24,000 bases of DNA from an uncultured Eubacteriales bacterium (GTDB lineage: Bacteria; Bacillota; Clostridia; Christensenellales; UBA1242), in the NCBI GenBank assembly GCA_900321185.1, contig ONVD01000017.1, positions 1,681-25,680 of the forward strand, read 5' to 3'. Below the pieces are notes generated by a model. The model ran no database searches. It worked only from the letters and a program-made list of their open reading frames with translations, and had not been told where the DNA came from. Every line of letters begins with the position of its first letter. The first letter of the stretch is position 1. The position numbers and the translations under genes are program-made. Below are positions 1 through 8,838 of this stretch, piece after piece.

Positions 1-2
1 TA

Positions 3-599
3 AGTAGTGCTTGCGAAGTTATCTTTACATTGTTTAGACGTAAAATACAATTAACCCCGCAATTAGCAAAAAATCTATATTTAGGCATTTATACAGATAC
101 AGGTGGATTTAAGTATTCTAACACAACATCAAAGACTTTTGCTATGCTGTCAATATTAACAAAACAAGATTTTAAAGCGGATGAAGTTGTGCACAATTGT
201 GTTGATTTGGTTAAACGTGATAGTTTTGAGTTAACAAAATGTGCATTTAACTCTGTGAAGTTTTATAGTAATGGACAAATTGCTGTTTCAGTTATTACCA
301 AGCAGGACTTAGACAACAACAAGGTTGACCACGATACATCAAAATTTATGCAATCATATTTGCAAAATATCGAGGGCGTAAAAATCGCCGTCTCTATCAC
401 AGAACGCAAAAAAAACGAATACAATATAAGCTTGCGTACTTCATGTGATAATATTAATGTATCAGCTATTGCAAAGAGGTTTGGCGGTGGCGGACATATA
501 CGTGCAAGCGGTCTAACTCTTAAAGGGGATTACAAAAAAGCGCTTAATGCACTTTTGGTAGAATGTAAAAATAATTTAAAAGGTCAAAATATAGATTGA
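3..599 (+). CDS. nrnA: DHH/DHHA1-family phosphoesterase, NrnA-like oligoribonuclease/pAp phosphatase (5' truncated by window start)
   Basis: Frame is open upstream of the TTG listed at 30 (SSACEVIFTLFRRKIQLTP...), with NLYLGIYTDTGGFKYSNT and C-terminal FGGGGHIRASG typical of DHHA1 domains; followed by truB as in many Firmicutes. Confidence 0.88.
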   Translation, partial: SSACEVIFTLFRRKIQLTPQLAKNLYLGIYTDTGGFKYSNTTSKTFAMLSILTKQDFKADEVVHNCVDLVKRDSFELTKCAFNSVKFYSNGQIAVSVITKQDLDNNKVDHDTSKFMQSYLQNIEGVKIAVSITERKKNEYNISLRTSCDNINVSAIAKRFGGGGHIRASGLTLKGDYKKALNALLVECKNNLKGQNID

Positions 600-1435
600 T
601 TGGTTTTTTAAATATCAACAAACCTACTGGGTTGAGTTCGGCGCAGGTTGTTGCACATATTAAAAGGATGTGTCCTAAAGGTACAAAAATAGGGCACTTG
701 GGTACATTAGACCCAATGGCAAATGGTGTTTTGCCTATTGCAATTGGTAGAGCTACACGATTGTTTGACTTAATGCAAAATAAAAAGAAAGAATATATCG
801 CTATATTCAATTTTGGAAAGACGACTGACTCTTTGGATGCAACAGGGCAATTACTAAAAGTATGTGATAAAATACCTAATTGCGAAGAAATTATGAATAC
901 TCTACCTAGATTTGTAGGCGAAATTTCGCAAATACCGCCAGTATTTAGTGCTAAAAATGTAAATGGCGTTAGGGCTTATCAAATGGCTCGTCAAGGCAAG
1001 CCAGTTAATTTAACTCCTTGCAAAGTAAAAATTTATGCATTCGAACTTTTGGAGCAACTAGATAGTTCCACTTTTAGTTTTAGGATAGAGTGTGGCAGTG
1101 GTACATACATACGCAGTTTGTGTCGTGACTTAGCACTAGCTTTAGGTACAGTGGCAGTTATGACTTCATTAACTCGTACAAAATCAGGTCCTTTTTGTTT
1201 GGAGAATGCACAAAATTTTGATAAACTTGATTTAAGTCAGATGATATCTGTAGAGCAGGCCTTAAACTTTGAAAAAATTGTGTTATCTGATATCGAATTA
1301 AAAACATTATTAGATGGTAAGATTTTGACGCTAGCACAACCCAACGGTGACTATCTTGCATTTAATAATGACAAGTTACAATGTATACTCACGATAAAAG
1401 ATAATTTTGTCAGCAACAAAGTTTGGTTAAGATAA
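596..1435 (+). CDS. truB: tRNA pseudouridine(55) synthase TruB
   Basis: NINKPTGLSS, GHLGTLDPMANGVLPIAIG catalytic Asp motif, CGSGTYIRSLCRDL. TTG start overlaps the nrnA stop (TTGA). Confidence 0.95.
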   Translation: MIGFLNINKPTGLSSAQVVAHIKRMCPKGTKIGHLGTLDPMANGVLPIAIGRATRLFDLMQNKKKEYIAIFNFGKTTDSLDATGQLLKVCDKIPNCEEIMNTLPRFVGEISQIPPVFSAKNVNGVRAYQMARQGKPVNLTPCKVKIYAFELLEQLDSSTFSFRIECGSGTYIRSLCRDLALALGTVAVMTSLTRTKSGPFCLENAQNFDKLDLSQMISVEQALNFEKIVLSDIELKTLLDGKILTLAQPNGDYLAFNNDKLQCILTIKDNFVSNKVWLR

Positions 1436-1475
1436 CTTGATTTTTTGACATACACTAAGTAATTGAGGAGAAAAA

Positions 1476-2333
1476 ATGATTAGGTTTGGACCTTCTGGGA
1501 ATAGTGAAAAGTTTTATGAAGATGGCCACAAGTCGTCAGTTGAAGCGCCTTTGTGGCTGAATACCATGGGTTTGAGGGCTTATGAGTATTCTTTTTCGCT
1601 AGGACAATTTTTGTCAGATGAAAAATGTAAAATCATGTATGATGAGGCGCAAAAATATGATATAAAAATAAGCGCTCATGCACCATATTATATCAATTTT
1701 TGTAACACAACAGAACAATCTAAAGAAAACAACAAAAAGTTTTTACTTAATTCTGCACACTGTGTAAAACTGATGGGAGGCAATCATGTAGTCTTTCATA
1801 CTGGTGCACAGATGAAGATGACAAGAGAAGAGGCGTTAAACAATGTAGAACGCAATTTAAAAGATTTTTTGGAAATTTTTGAGTCAAATGCGGAATATGA
1901 TGGGGTATTGTTATGCCCAGAGACAATGGGTAAGTACAGTCAAGTTGGTAATCCAACTGAAGTTTATCATATATGTACTTATTCCAAAAGGTTGGTGCCA
2001 ACGCTTGATTTTGGTCATATTAATTGTCTGATGCAAGGTGGGCTAAAGACAAAACAAGATTACAAGGATATTTTACAACAAGGCATTGACATATTGGGTC
2101 CTGAGCGTATGCAAAACTTTCATATACATTTTGCAAAGATTAAGTTTAACGAAAAAGGCGAAATAGCCCATCAAACACTTAGTGACGTGGATGTTGGTCC
2201 TAATTTTGAGCCTATGATAGAGGCTTTGATTGAAATGGGACTAGAACCAGACATTATCTCAGAATCTAAAGGTACACAAGCTATAGATGCAAAAAAAATG
2301 AATGACTACTATACAAAAATTATTGATTTTTAG
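1476..2333 (+). CDS. Endonuclease IV-like TIM-barrel protein (AP endonuclease family 2)
   Basis: 285 aa; ISAHAPYYINFCN, HTGAQM, LCPETMGK, TLDFGHINC, HIHFAKI resemble the AP endonuclease 2 / xylose isomerase-like metal-binding fold; RBS gaggag upstream. Confidence 0.8.
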   Translation: MIRFGPSGNSEKFYEDGHKSSVEAPLWLNTMGLRAYEYSFSLGQFLSDEKCKIMYDEAQKYDIKISAHAPYYINFCNTTEQSKENNKKFLLNSAHCVKLMGGNHVVFHTGAQMKMTREEALNNVERNLKDFLEIFESNAEYDGVLLCPETMGKYSQVGNPTEVYHICTYSKRLVPTLDFGHINCLMQGGLKTKQDYKDILQQGIDILGPERMQNFHIHFAKIKFNEKGEIAHQTLSDVDVGPNFEPMIEALIEMGLEPDIISESKGTQAIDAKKMNDYYTKIIDF

Positions 2334-2382
2334 CGTTTTATATGCTAAAATTAAACGATGTTTAATTTAAGGAGAATTTAAA

Positions 2383-2940
2383 ATGATTTCAGCAACAGAA
2401 TTAAGAAAGGGTACTTGTTTTGAATGGGAGGGACAAATTTATTCTGTAATGGATTTTCAACACAACAAACATGGTCGTGGCTCGGCTGTGGTTTGGGTAA
2501 AAATGCGTAATATTCAAACTGGCGCAAGCAAAGAGAATACATTCAATCCAACTGACAAATTTGAACCTGTAAGTTTTGAAGAAAAGGAAATGACCTATCT
2601 ATACAATGATGGTGATATCTATTATTTTATGGATCCAGAGACGTATGAACAATTCCCTTATAACAAATCTTTGGTCGAGGAGGCGTTGCCTTATATGCTT
2701 GAAAACACCAATGTAATTGTTAAGTTTTTTAAGGGTGAAGTGTTCAGTGTTTCACCACAACTATTTGTAGTTTTGGAGGTCAAAAGCACCGAGCCAGGCT
2801 TGCAAGGTGATACCACAAAAGCAAGTTTCAAGCCTGCCGTAATGGAAACTGGTCTTGAGTTGCAAGTTCCTTTGTTTATTAACAACGGTGACAAAATTAA
2901 GATTGATACACGCACGGGAGAATATGTAGAACGTGTGTAA
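2383..2940 (+). CDS. efp: Translation elongation factor P (tip residue Arg32, see findings)
   Basis: MISATELRKGTCFEWEGQIYSVMDFQH..., TEPGLQGDTTKASFKPAVMETGLELQVPLFINNGDKIKIDTRTGEYVERV; 185 aa; RBS aaggag. Confidence 0.96.
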   Translation: MISATELRKGTCFEWEGQIYSVMDFQHNKHGRGSAVVWVKMRNIQTGASKENTFNPTDKFEPVSFEEKEMTYLYNDGDIYYFMDPETYEQFPYNKSLVEEALPYMLENTNVIVKFFKGEVFSVSPQLFVVLEVKSTEPGLQGDTTKASFKPAVMETGLELQVPLFINNGDKIKIDTRTGEYVERV

Positions 2941-2961
2941 TATTAGTCTAATATTACATTC

Positions 2962-2987
2962 AAAACAGCGTTAAGCTGTTTTTTTAT
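2962..2987 (+). terminator. Rho-independent terminator downstream of efp
   Basis: AAAACAGC-gttaa-GCTGTTTT followed by T run. Confidence 0.85.
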
Positions 2988-3053
2988 TTTGCTGGTTTGT
3001 TTTGCGTTCTATTTGTCTTTGTAGTTTAATACAATATTCACTAGGAGGTATTT

Positions 3054-3974
3054 ATGTTACAAGATATTTTACCACCTCGCATTATGATGTCTCTAAATGC
3101 AATTAACCTTAAGAATGTTGTCGAGATACGTCTACGTGCCAATAAACCAGTGTCAGTCTATACAACGAAAAGATATTATCTTGGCACCAACAGCTTAACA
3201 TCGTACGAAAAAGAGGCAATTGTTTGTACTGCTAATGAACTTGAGGATGTTGTATTCAGTGCGACCAAACATAGTGTTTATGCACACAATAACGAACTAA
3301 AAGAAGGCTTTTTGACATTAGATAACGGTATGCGGCTGGGTATCGCTGGTGAACTAGTAGTTGACAATGGAGAAGTCAAAACTCTAAAAAATTTTTCATC
3401 AATTAACATTCGCTTTGCAAGAGAAGTAAAAAATTGTAGTTTGAATGCGTTACCTTTTTTGTGTGAAGAGAATAACAAAATATTAAGTACATTAATTATT
3501 TCACCTCCTGGATGTGGCAAGACTACATTTATTCGAGATTTGTGCTACCAAATGTCAATTCGAGACTTGGCAGACAATGTGCTAGTTGTCGATGAGCGAA
3601 ATGAGATAAGTGCAACTGTAAATGGAGTTGCTAGTCTAAATGTAGGTAATAACTCAGATGTTTATTGTGGTTGCACCAAACATTTTGGCATTATCAATGG
3701 CATTAGGACAATGTCACCTAACGTTATAGTGTTAGATGAGATAGCTACTACGCAAGATATGAATGCATTAAATTTTGCAATAGCTAGTGGCGTAAAACTG
3801 ATAGCTACAACACACTCTCTAGATTATCATTCTTTGTTATCTAAGCCTCTGTTTCAAGCCATATTAGATAGAGAAGTCTTTGATAGGTTTGTGGTGTTAT
3901 CACGGTCTAACGGGGTAGGTACTATTGACACAATTTTTAATAATGCTGGAATATGTCTTTATTGTGGTGCTTAG
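3054..3974 (+). CDS. spoIIIAA: Stage III sporulation protein AA (ATPase)
   Basis: Walker A SPPGCGKTTFIRDL, Walker B NVIVLDEIAT; RBS aggaggt; first gene of spoIIIA operon. Confidence 0.95.
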   Translation: MLQDILPPRIMMSLNAINLKNVVEIRLRANKPVSVYTTKRYYLGTNSLTSYEKEAIVCTANELEDVVFSATKHSVYAHNNELKEGFLTLDNGMRLGIAGELVVDNGEVKTLKNFSSINIRFAREVKNCSLNALPFLCEENNKILSTLIISPPGCGKTTFIRDLCYQMSIRDLADNVLVVDERNEISATVNGVASLNVGNNSDVYCGCTKHFGIINGIRTMSPNVIVLDEIATTQDMNALNFAIASGVKLIATTHSLDYHSLLSKPLFQAILDREVFDRFVVLSRSNGVGTIDTIFNNAGICLYCGA

Positions 3975-4469
3975 ATGAATATGCTTTTGGCTTTGATTAT
4001 CGGTATCTGCTTCTGTCTATTACTTATGACCTTCTCTTACAAATATTATGCTAGACTGCGCTTCTTTTTGGCAACCGAACGCTGGCTTGGTGGGATGGAA
4101 CTAAATATAAATTTTTTACAAAAAGACGTTTTATCTATTTTGAACGCACAAAAAGAAACACGTTCAATAACTTTTGAGAGTATGTTAAAAAGTTATAAGA
4201 CTTTGTTAAATGACAATGATAAGAAAAAATTTTATGAAAGTATCAAGAATTTAAACTACGTCAATGATGAAGATAAAGAAAGACTGTACGATTATTTTAG
4301 TATGTTAGGGCATTCTGATTGTGATACTCAAACTCAATCTACGCGGGCTTTAGTAGAATATGTTAAGTCAAGAATAATACTATGTAGACAAGAAATTAAT
4401 CAAAAGGCTTTGGTAATCCAAAAATTAAGTATCATATTGGGGCTGGTTGTATTTATTTTACTGGTTTAA
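3975..4469 (+). CDS. spoIIIAB: Stage III sporulation protein AB
   Basis: 164 aa with N-terminal TM, ERWLGGMELNINFLQKDV and C-terminal TM; operon position. Confidence 0.88.
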   Translation: MNMLLALIIGICFCLLLMTFSYKYYARLRFFLATERWLGGMELNINFLQKDVLSILNAQKETRSITFESMLKSYKTLLNDNDKKKFYESIKNLNYVNDEDKERLYDYFSMLGHSDCDTQTQSTRALVEYVKSRIILCRQEINQKALVIQKLSIILGLVVFILLV

Positions 4470-4479
4470 TGAGGGAGAC

Positions 4480-4677
4480 ATGGGAGTAGAAATTATTTTT
4501 AAAATAGCAGGTATTGGTATTATTGTCGCAGTTGTGGCTCAAATCTTAAAGCAAGCAGGTAAAGATGAAATTGCCACACTATGTACTTTGGCGGGGTTAA
4601 TAGTGGTTTTGCTTATGGTAATAGATATGATAAGTGAATTATTTAACTCTGTTCAAAACCTATTTTATCTTTATTAA
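4480..4677 (+). CDS. spoIIIAC: Stage III sporulation protein AC
   Basis: MGVEIIFKIAGIGIIVAVVAQILKQAGKDEIATLCTLAGLIVVLLMVI; ATG at 4480 has gagggag RBS, so the listed 4447 start is too early. Confidence 0.92.
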   Translation: MGVEIIFKIAGIGIIVAVVAQILKQAGKDEIATLCTLAGLIVVLLMVIDMISELFNSVQNLFYLY

Positions 4678-4695
4678 AAATTATAGGGTACATAT

Positions 4696-5085
4696 ATGGT
4701 AGAGATATTCAAAGTTTTGAGTATTGCACTAATCTTAATCATAGCAATCTTGATAGTCAAACAGACCAAGCCAGAATTTGCGTCTATTTTGCTGGTTGCT
4801 GGCGGGGTGATAATTTCATTTTTGATTGTGGACATGCTAGAAGATGTCTTTGGCGTGTTTAGTAAAATTTTGGAAGCAACCCATATAGATACAGAATTAT
4901 TTGTCATACTGCTAAAAATTGTAGGGATTGGTTATTTTACAGAATTTGGAGCAAGTATTTGCAATGATAGTGGTAATTCGTCTATTGCGCTAAAACTTCA
5001 ATTGGCAGGTAAGTTAACAATTTTTGTAATGTCAATACCTATAATATCCAAACTGATAGATTTGTTGGTGGAGTTAATAAAATGA
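4696..5085 (+). CDS. spoIIIAD: Stage III sporulation protein AD
   Basis: 129 aa membrane protein; KQTKPEFASILLVAGG, GYFTEFGASICNDSGNSSIALKLQLAGK. Confidence 0.92.
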   Translation: MVEIFKVLSIALILIIAILIVKQTKPEFASILLVAGGVIISFLIVDMLEDVFGVFSKILEATHIDTELFVILLKIVGIGYFTEFGASICNDSGNSSIALKLQLAGKLTIFVMSIPIISKLIDLLVELIK

Positions 5086-6296
5086 AGTGGCAAATAATAT
5101 TTGCTTGTTGCCTCAGTGCTTTTTTGAGTATATCTTTGTTTATTTTTGTTGATGTTGACAGAGATGTGACAGCCTTAGCAGATGAAAGTGAACAAACAAG
5201 TAATGATACCACAGAAAAATTAGAAGACGCGGTTGATGATAGTTTACAGAATATAGATTTTTCTGCATTTGATAAAATATTGGCTGACTTAGAACAAGAT
5301 AAGTTTGATATTTTTGGGACAAGCAGTTTTTTTAATAAAGTTAATCAGATTTTGTCTGGTGATATGGGCGACAATTTTGGGATAATTTTATTAAATATTC
5401 TGAATCTATTTTTTGGTAATGTAGGAAGTTATGTTCCGTTAATTTGTATGGTTGTTGGGATTGCCATATTAGGTAGTTTGGTTACAAACCTAAAATCCGA
5501 AGATAGCCATAACATTGACACAATAGTTAATTTTGACTGTTTTGGTTTGATAGTAGTCATTGTCAGCGCACAATGTGTAAGCCTATTAGATGCGGTGCAA
5601 ACTTGCATTCAATCTCTAAAGGTACAAATGGATGTCATTTTCCCTATATTGCTAACTTTGCTTGCTAGTATTGGTGGCACAGTGTCCGTAGGCATTTTTC
5701 AGACTAGTACTGCTGTGCTATCCAATTTAGTACTGCAAGTGTTTACGCTTGTTGTGATACCATTATTTTTGATTAGTTTTGTATTCAGTATATTAGGCAA
5801 TCTTGTAGAGAGTGTAAAATTATCAAAATTTAACGACTTTATTAATACTCTTTTAAAATGGTTAATTGGAATAATTTTTGGTATATTTAGTACGGTACTA
5901 ACAATACAAGGTATTGTGGTTGGTAGTTATGATGGTATGTCTATTAATGCTACAAAGTTTGCCTTAAAGAGTTATATTCCAGTATTAGGGGGGTATTTAT
6001 CCGAGGGATTTAATTATGCAGTAGCTAGCAGTGTTTTAATCAAAAATTCTATTGGTTTTGCAGGTCTATTGTTATTACTATCTAGTATTATTCCAACGTT
6101 TGTACGTATAGTAGCGTTTGCTATATTTTTAAAATTAGGTAGTGCAATAGTAGAACCTATGGGTATGAGCAAAGTGTCGAACTTTTTAAATCAAACATCA
6201 AGACTTATGTTTTACCTAGTTGGAATACTACTTGCAGTAAGTTTTATGTATGTATTAACATTGGGTCTTCTGATGTGCTTGGCAAATGGTTTTTAA
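5082..6296 (+). CDS. spoIIIAE: Stage III sporulation protein AE
   Basis: 404 aa multipass membrane protein; GMSINATKFALKSYIPVLGGYLSEGFNY; overlaps spoIIIAD stop. Confidence 0.93.
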   Translation: MKWQIIFACCLSAFLSISLFIFVDVDRDVTALADESEQTSNDTTEKLEDAVDDSLQNIDFSAFDKILADLEQDKFDIFGTSSFFNKVNQILSGDMGDNFGIILLNILNLFFGNVGSYVPLICMVVGIAILGSLVTNLKSEDSHNIDTIVNFDCFGLIVVIVSAQCVSLLDAVQTCIQSLKVQMDVIFPILLTLLASIGGTVSVGIFQTSTAVLSNLVLQVFTLVVIPLFLISFVFSILGNLVESVKLSKFNDFINTLLKWLIGIIFGIFSTVLTIQGIVVGSYDGMSINATKFALKSYIPVLGGYLSEGFNYAVASSVLIKNSIGFAGLLLLLSSIIPTFVRIVAFAIFLKLGSAIVEPMGMSKVSNFLNQTSRLMFYLVGILLAVSFMYVLTLGLLMCLANGF

Positions 6297-6309
6297 TAAG
6301 GGGTAGTAT

Positions 6310-6798
6310 ATGTCTTACATCTCTTCTTACATGCTATCTATAGTTGGTGTAGTGCTATTGTTTATTGTGATAGAGTTAATTTTACCAAATGGTAAGAGTG
6401 CTAAATATATTCGTTCAATATTGGGTATATTTTTGGTGTTCGTTATAGTTGCACCCTTAGCAAAACTTAAGAATTTGGACTTTAATGCTTTACTATCTGA
6501 AAATAATGTAACATATCAGTTGGACTATGATTATTTGTATCAACTACATTTAAAAGAAGCGCAAGAATTACAACAAAACATAATATTGTTGTTAAAAGAT
6601 AAAGGAATAGAAGGTGCTGAAGTGATAGTGACTATAGAGCAAGAAAGCTTGGATTTGCAGATTAATAAAATTTTTGTCGATTTAAGCGGTGCAGTAATAT
6701 CTAAAAATCAAGAGCATATAATTAATTATACCACACTCAAAACAATAATTAGTGAATATGCGTCTATTGACAAAGATAAGGTGGTTGTAAATGACTAA
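6310..6798 (+). CDS. spoIIIAF: Stage III sporulation protein AF
   Basis: Two N-terminal TMs, GIFLVFVIVAPLAKL; operon position; overlaps next gene. Confidence 0.85.
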   Translation: MSYISSYMLSIVGVVLLFIVIELILPNGKSAKYIRSILGIFLVFVIVAPLAKLKNLDFNALLSENNVTYQLDYDYLYQLHLKEAQELQQNIILLLKDKGIEGAEVIVTIEQESLDLQINKIFVDLSGAVISKNQEHIINYTTLKTIISEYASIDKDKVVVND

Positions 6799-7366
6799 GT
6801 TAAGTGCTTTTTTTGAGAAATCTAAACTGCTTAGCAAAATCAAGAATATCAAACACATAGAAGTTTATTTAGTTGTTTTGTTAATTGTGGTAGTTTTGAT
6901 AATTTGGTTTGCTGATTTTGGGGCAGAGACACAAGAGTCTACAAATCAAAGTACAAACACTAGTACAGTCACTCAGTATACAACAGACCTTGAAAATAGA
7001 TTAAGTGCCACATTGTCACAGATTGAGGGTGCAGGTAGCGTAAGTGTAATGATTACGCTTGATGGTTCTTCACAATTGATTTTAGCTTATGATACAGAGA
7101 GTAAAAGTAATACAACAGACAACACAACAGCAAATGGAACTACAACCAAAACTAACAATACGACAGCCAATAGTACGCCTATTATTATCAACAATAACGG
7201 ACAGTCTACGCCACTTGTCTTGAGCGAAATTATGCCAGAAATAAAAGGTGTGGTAGTAGTGTGTGAAGGCGCAAACAATATACGGGTCAAACTTAATATT
7301 CTAGAGGCAGTCGAGGCATTGCTGGGTGTAAGTGGTTCACAGATTGAGATATTTGTTAAAGGTTAG
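6791..7366 (+). CDS. spoIIIAG: Stage III sporulation protein AG
   Basis: N-terminal TM, LENRLSATLSQIEGAGSVSVMITLDGS, PEIKGVVVVCEGANNIRVKLNILEAVEALLGVSGSQIEIF. Confidence 0.92.
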   Translation: MTKLSAFFEKSKLLSKIKNIKHIEVYLVVLLIVVVLIIWFADFGAETQESTNQSTNTSTVTQYTTDLENRLSATLSQIEGAGSVSVMITLDGSSQLILAYDTESKSNTTDNTTANGTTTKTNNTTANSTPIIINNNGQSTPLVLSEIMPEIKGVVVVCEGANNIRVKLNILEAVEALLGVSGSQIEIFVKG

Positions 7367-7377
7367 GAGGGGTAAAA

Positions 7378-7875
7378 ATGAAAATAAAATTGGATAGTAA
7401 AAAGAAAAAAATCATAGTTTTAACATCTATGCTTGCTTTGCTAGTTGTGACAGGCTTTTTGAACATAACACTTAATAACAATAATTCTGCAACGATAAAT
7501 GCATCAAACAATGTTGAAAATGTTTCTTCAGAAAACTTTTTTAATAGTTACCGCACCGAAAGAGATACTGCACGCAATCAGGAGTACTTGTATTATCAAG
7601 TGATTTTGGATAGTGCTAATGCTAGCGATAGTGCAAAAGCAAGTGCAGAGACCAGTCTAGCAAAATTAGCTGCTACCAAAGAAAAAGAATTGCTACTAGA
7701 GGGATATATCAAGGCAAAAGGCTTTGATGATGCAGTTGTTTCGTTTACCGAAAATTTTGTAAACGTTATGGTAAGTGCTGACGCTCTGAACGAATCAGAG
7801 GTGGCGCAAATTGTACAAGTAGTCCAAGAGCAGACATCCAAGTCAATTGATAATATCAAAATTATTCCCGTCTAA
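7378..7875 (+). CDS. spoIIIAH: Stage III sporulation protein AH (SpoIIIAH-like)
   Basis: N-terminal TM, FNSYRTERDTARNQEYLYYQVILDSA, GFDDAVVSFTENFVNVMVSADALNESEVAQI; aggagg RBS. Confidence 0.9.
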   Translation: MKIKLDSKKKKIIVLTSMLALLVVTGFLNITLNNNNSATINASNNVENVSSENFFNSYRTERDTARNQEYLYYQVILDSANASDSAKASAETSLAKLAATKEKELLLEGYIKAKGFDDAVVSFTENFVNVMVSADALNESEVAQIVQVVQEQTSKSIDNIKIIPV

Positions 7876-7929
7876 TAGTTGATTAAGTTACTAAATTGTG
7901 TTATACTAAACCCTAGTGGGAGTAACAAA

Positions 7930-8313
7930 ATGAAAAACGATGTTAGTAATATACAAAGCAATGGAAAGACAACTTACAATAAAAATATTTTGTTGTCAAT
8001 TATTAACTTAGCTACAAAAGAGGTTAGTGGTGTCTCTTCAATGTGTACAAATTTTGGCGCTTCGTGGTTTGTTAAGATGTTTTCAAATAATTATTACGAA
8101 GGCGTAAAAGTTTCCAATTCACCTCGAGGATTGGTTATAAATGTATATATCAATGTGTACGCCAATTATGCCGTCAACGATGTGGCATGTCGCGTGCAAG
8201 AAAACATTAAGAGTAGTATTGAGACGATGGCTGATGTGGATACGACAGAAGTTAATGTACATGTTATGGGTGTACAGTTTAATGGAATAGACAAAAATAG
8301 AGCCCCTGCTTAA
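7930..8313 (+). CDS. Asp23/Gls24 family (DUF322) envelope stress protein
   Basis: IINLATKEVSGVSSM, YINVYANYAVNDVACRVQENIKSSIETMADVDTTEVNVHVMGVQF; ATG at 7930 preceded by gtgggag, in frame with the 7879 ORF. Confidence 0.85.
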   Translation: MKNDVSNIQSNGKTTYNKNILLSIINLATKEVSGVSSMCTNFGASWFVKMFSNNYYEGVKVSNSPRGLVINVYINVYANYAVNDVACRVQENIKSSIETMADVDTTEVNVHVMGVQFNGIDKNRAPA

Positions 8314-8355
8314 GAGTTAGGAAGGGCTTTGTTTTTGTATTGATAAGGAGTAATT

Positions 8356-8838
8356 ATGAATAAATCTGATGAAGTAGCAGAACAAAAATCAAATAAAAAT
8401 GAACGACCAATAACACCTTTACGTAAAACATCAAGGAAGATTTTGTTTCAAATGCTATTTGCGAAAAACTTTGGTGAAAACGAAATGCAGGAACAAAATT
8501 ATAATGAATTGTTACATATTATACTTGAAGAAATGAAATTAAAAGAAACAGATGTCGATACCCAATATATACGCAACTCATTTGATGAAATTGTACCAAA
8601 TATGAATGAGTACAAACAGATGGTTTATTCGCATCTTACTGGTCACAAGCAATTACAAATAAAAGATGTGGACTTGATAATATTAGTGCTTGCAATATAC
8701 GAATTAAAAAAAGGCGAATTGGACCCAAAAATCGTTTTTGATACTGCTATTAAATTAGCGAAAGAATATTCCAACTCAAGTAGTATCAAGTTTATTAATG
8801 GCGTATTGGGTGCATTGGTAAAACAAGAACATGAATAA
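8356..8838 (+). CDS. nusB: Transcription antitermination factor NusB
   Basis: TSRKILFQMLFAKNFGE, DLIILVLAIYELKKGELDPKIVFDTAIKLAKEYS; ataaggag RBS; followed by xseA. Confidence 0.88.
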   Translation: MNKSDEVAEQKSNKNERPITPLRKTSRKILFQMLFAKNFGENEMQEQNYNELLHIILEEMKLKETDVDTQYIRNSFDEIVPNMNEYKQMVYSHLTGHKQLQIKDVDLIILVLAIYELKKGELDPKIVFDTAIKLAKEYSNSSSIKFINGVLGALVKQEHE

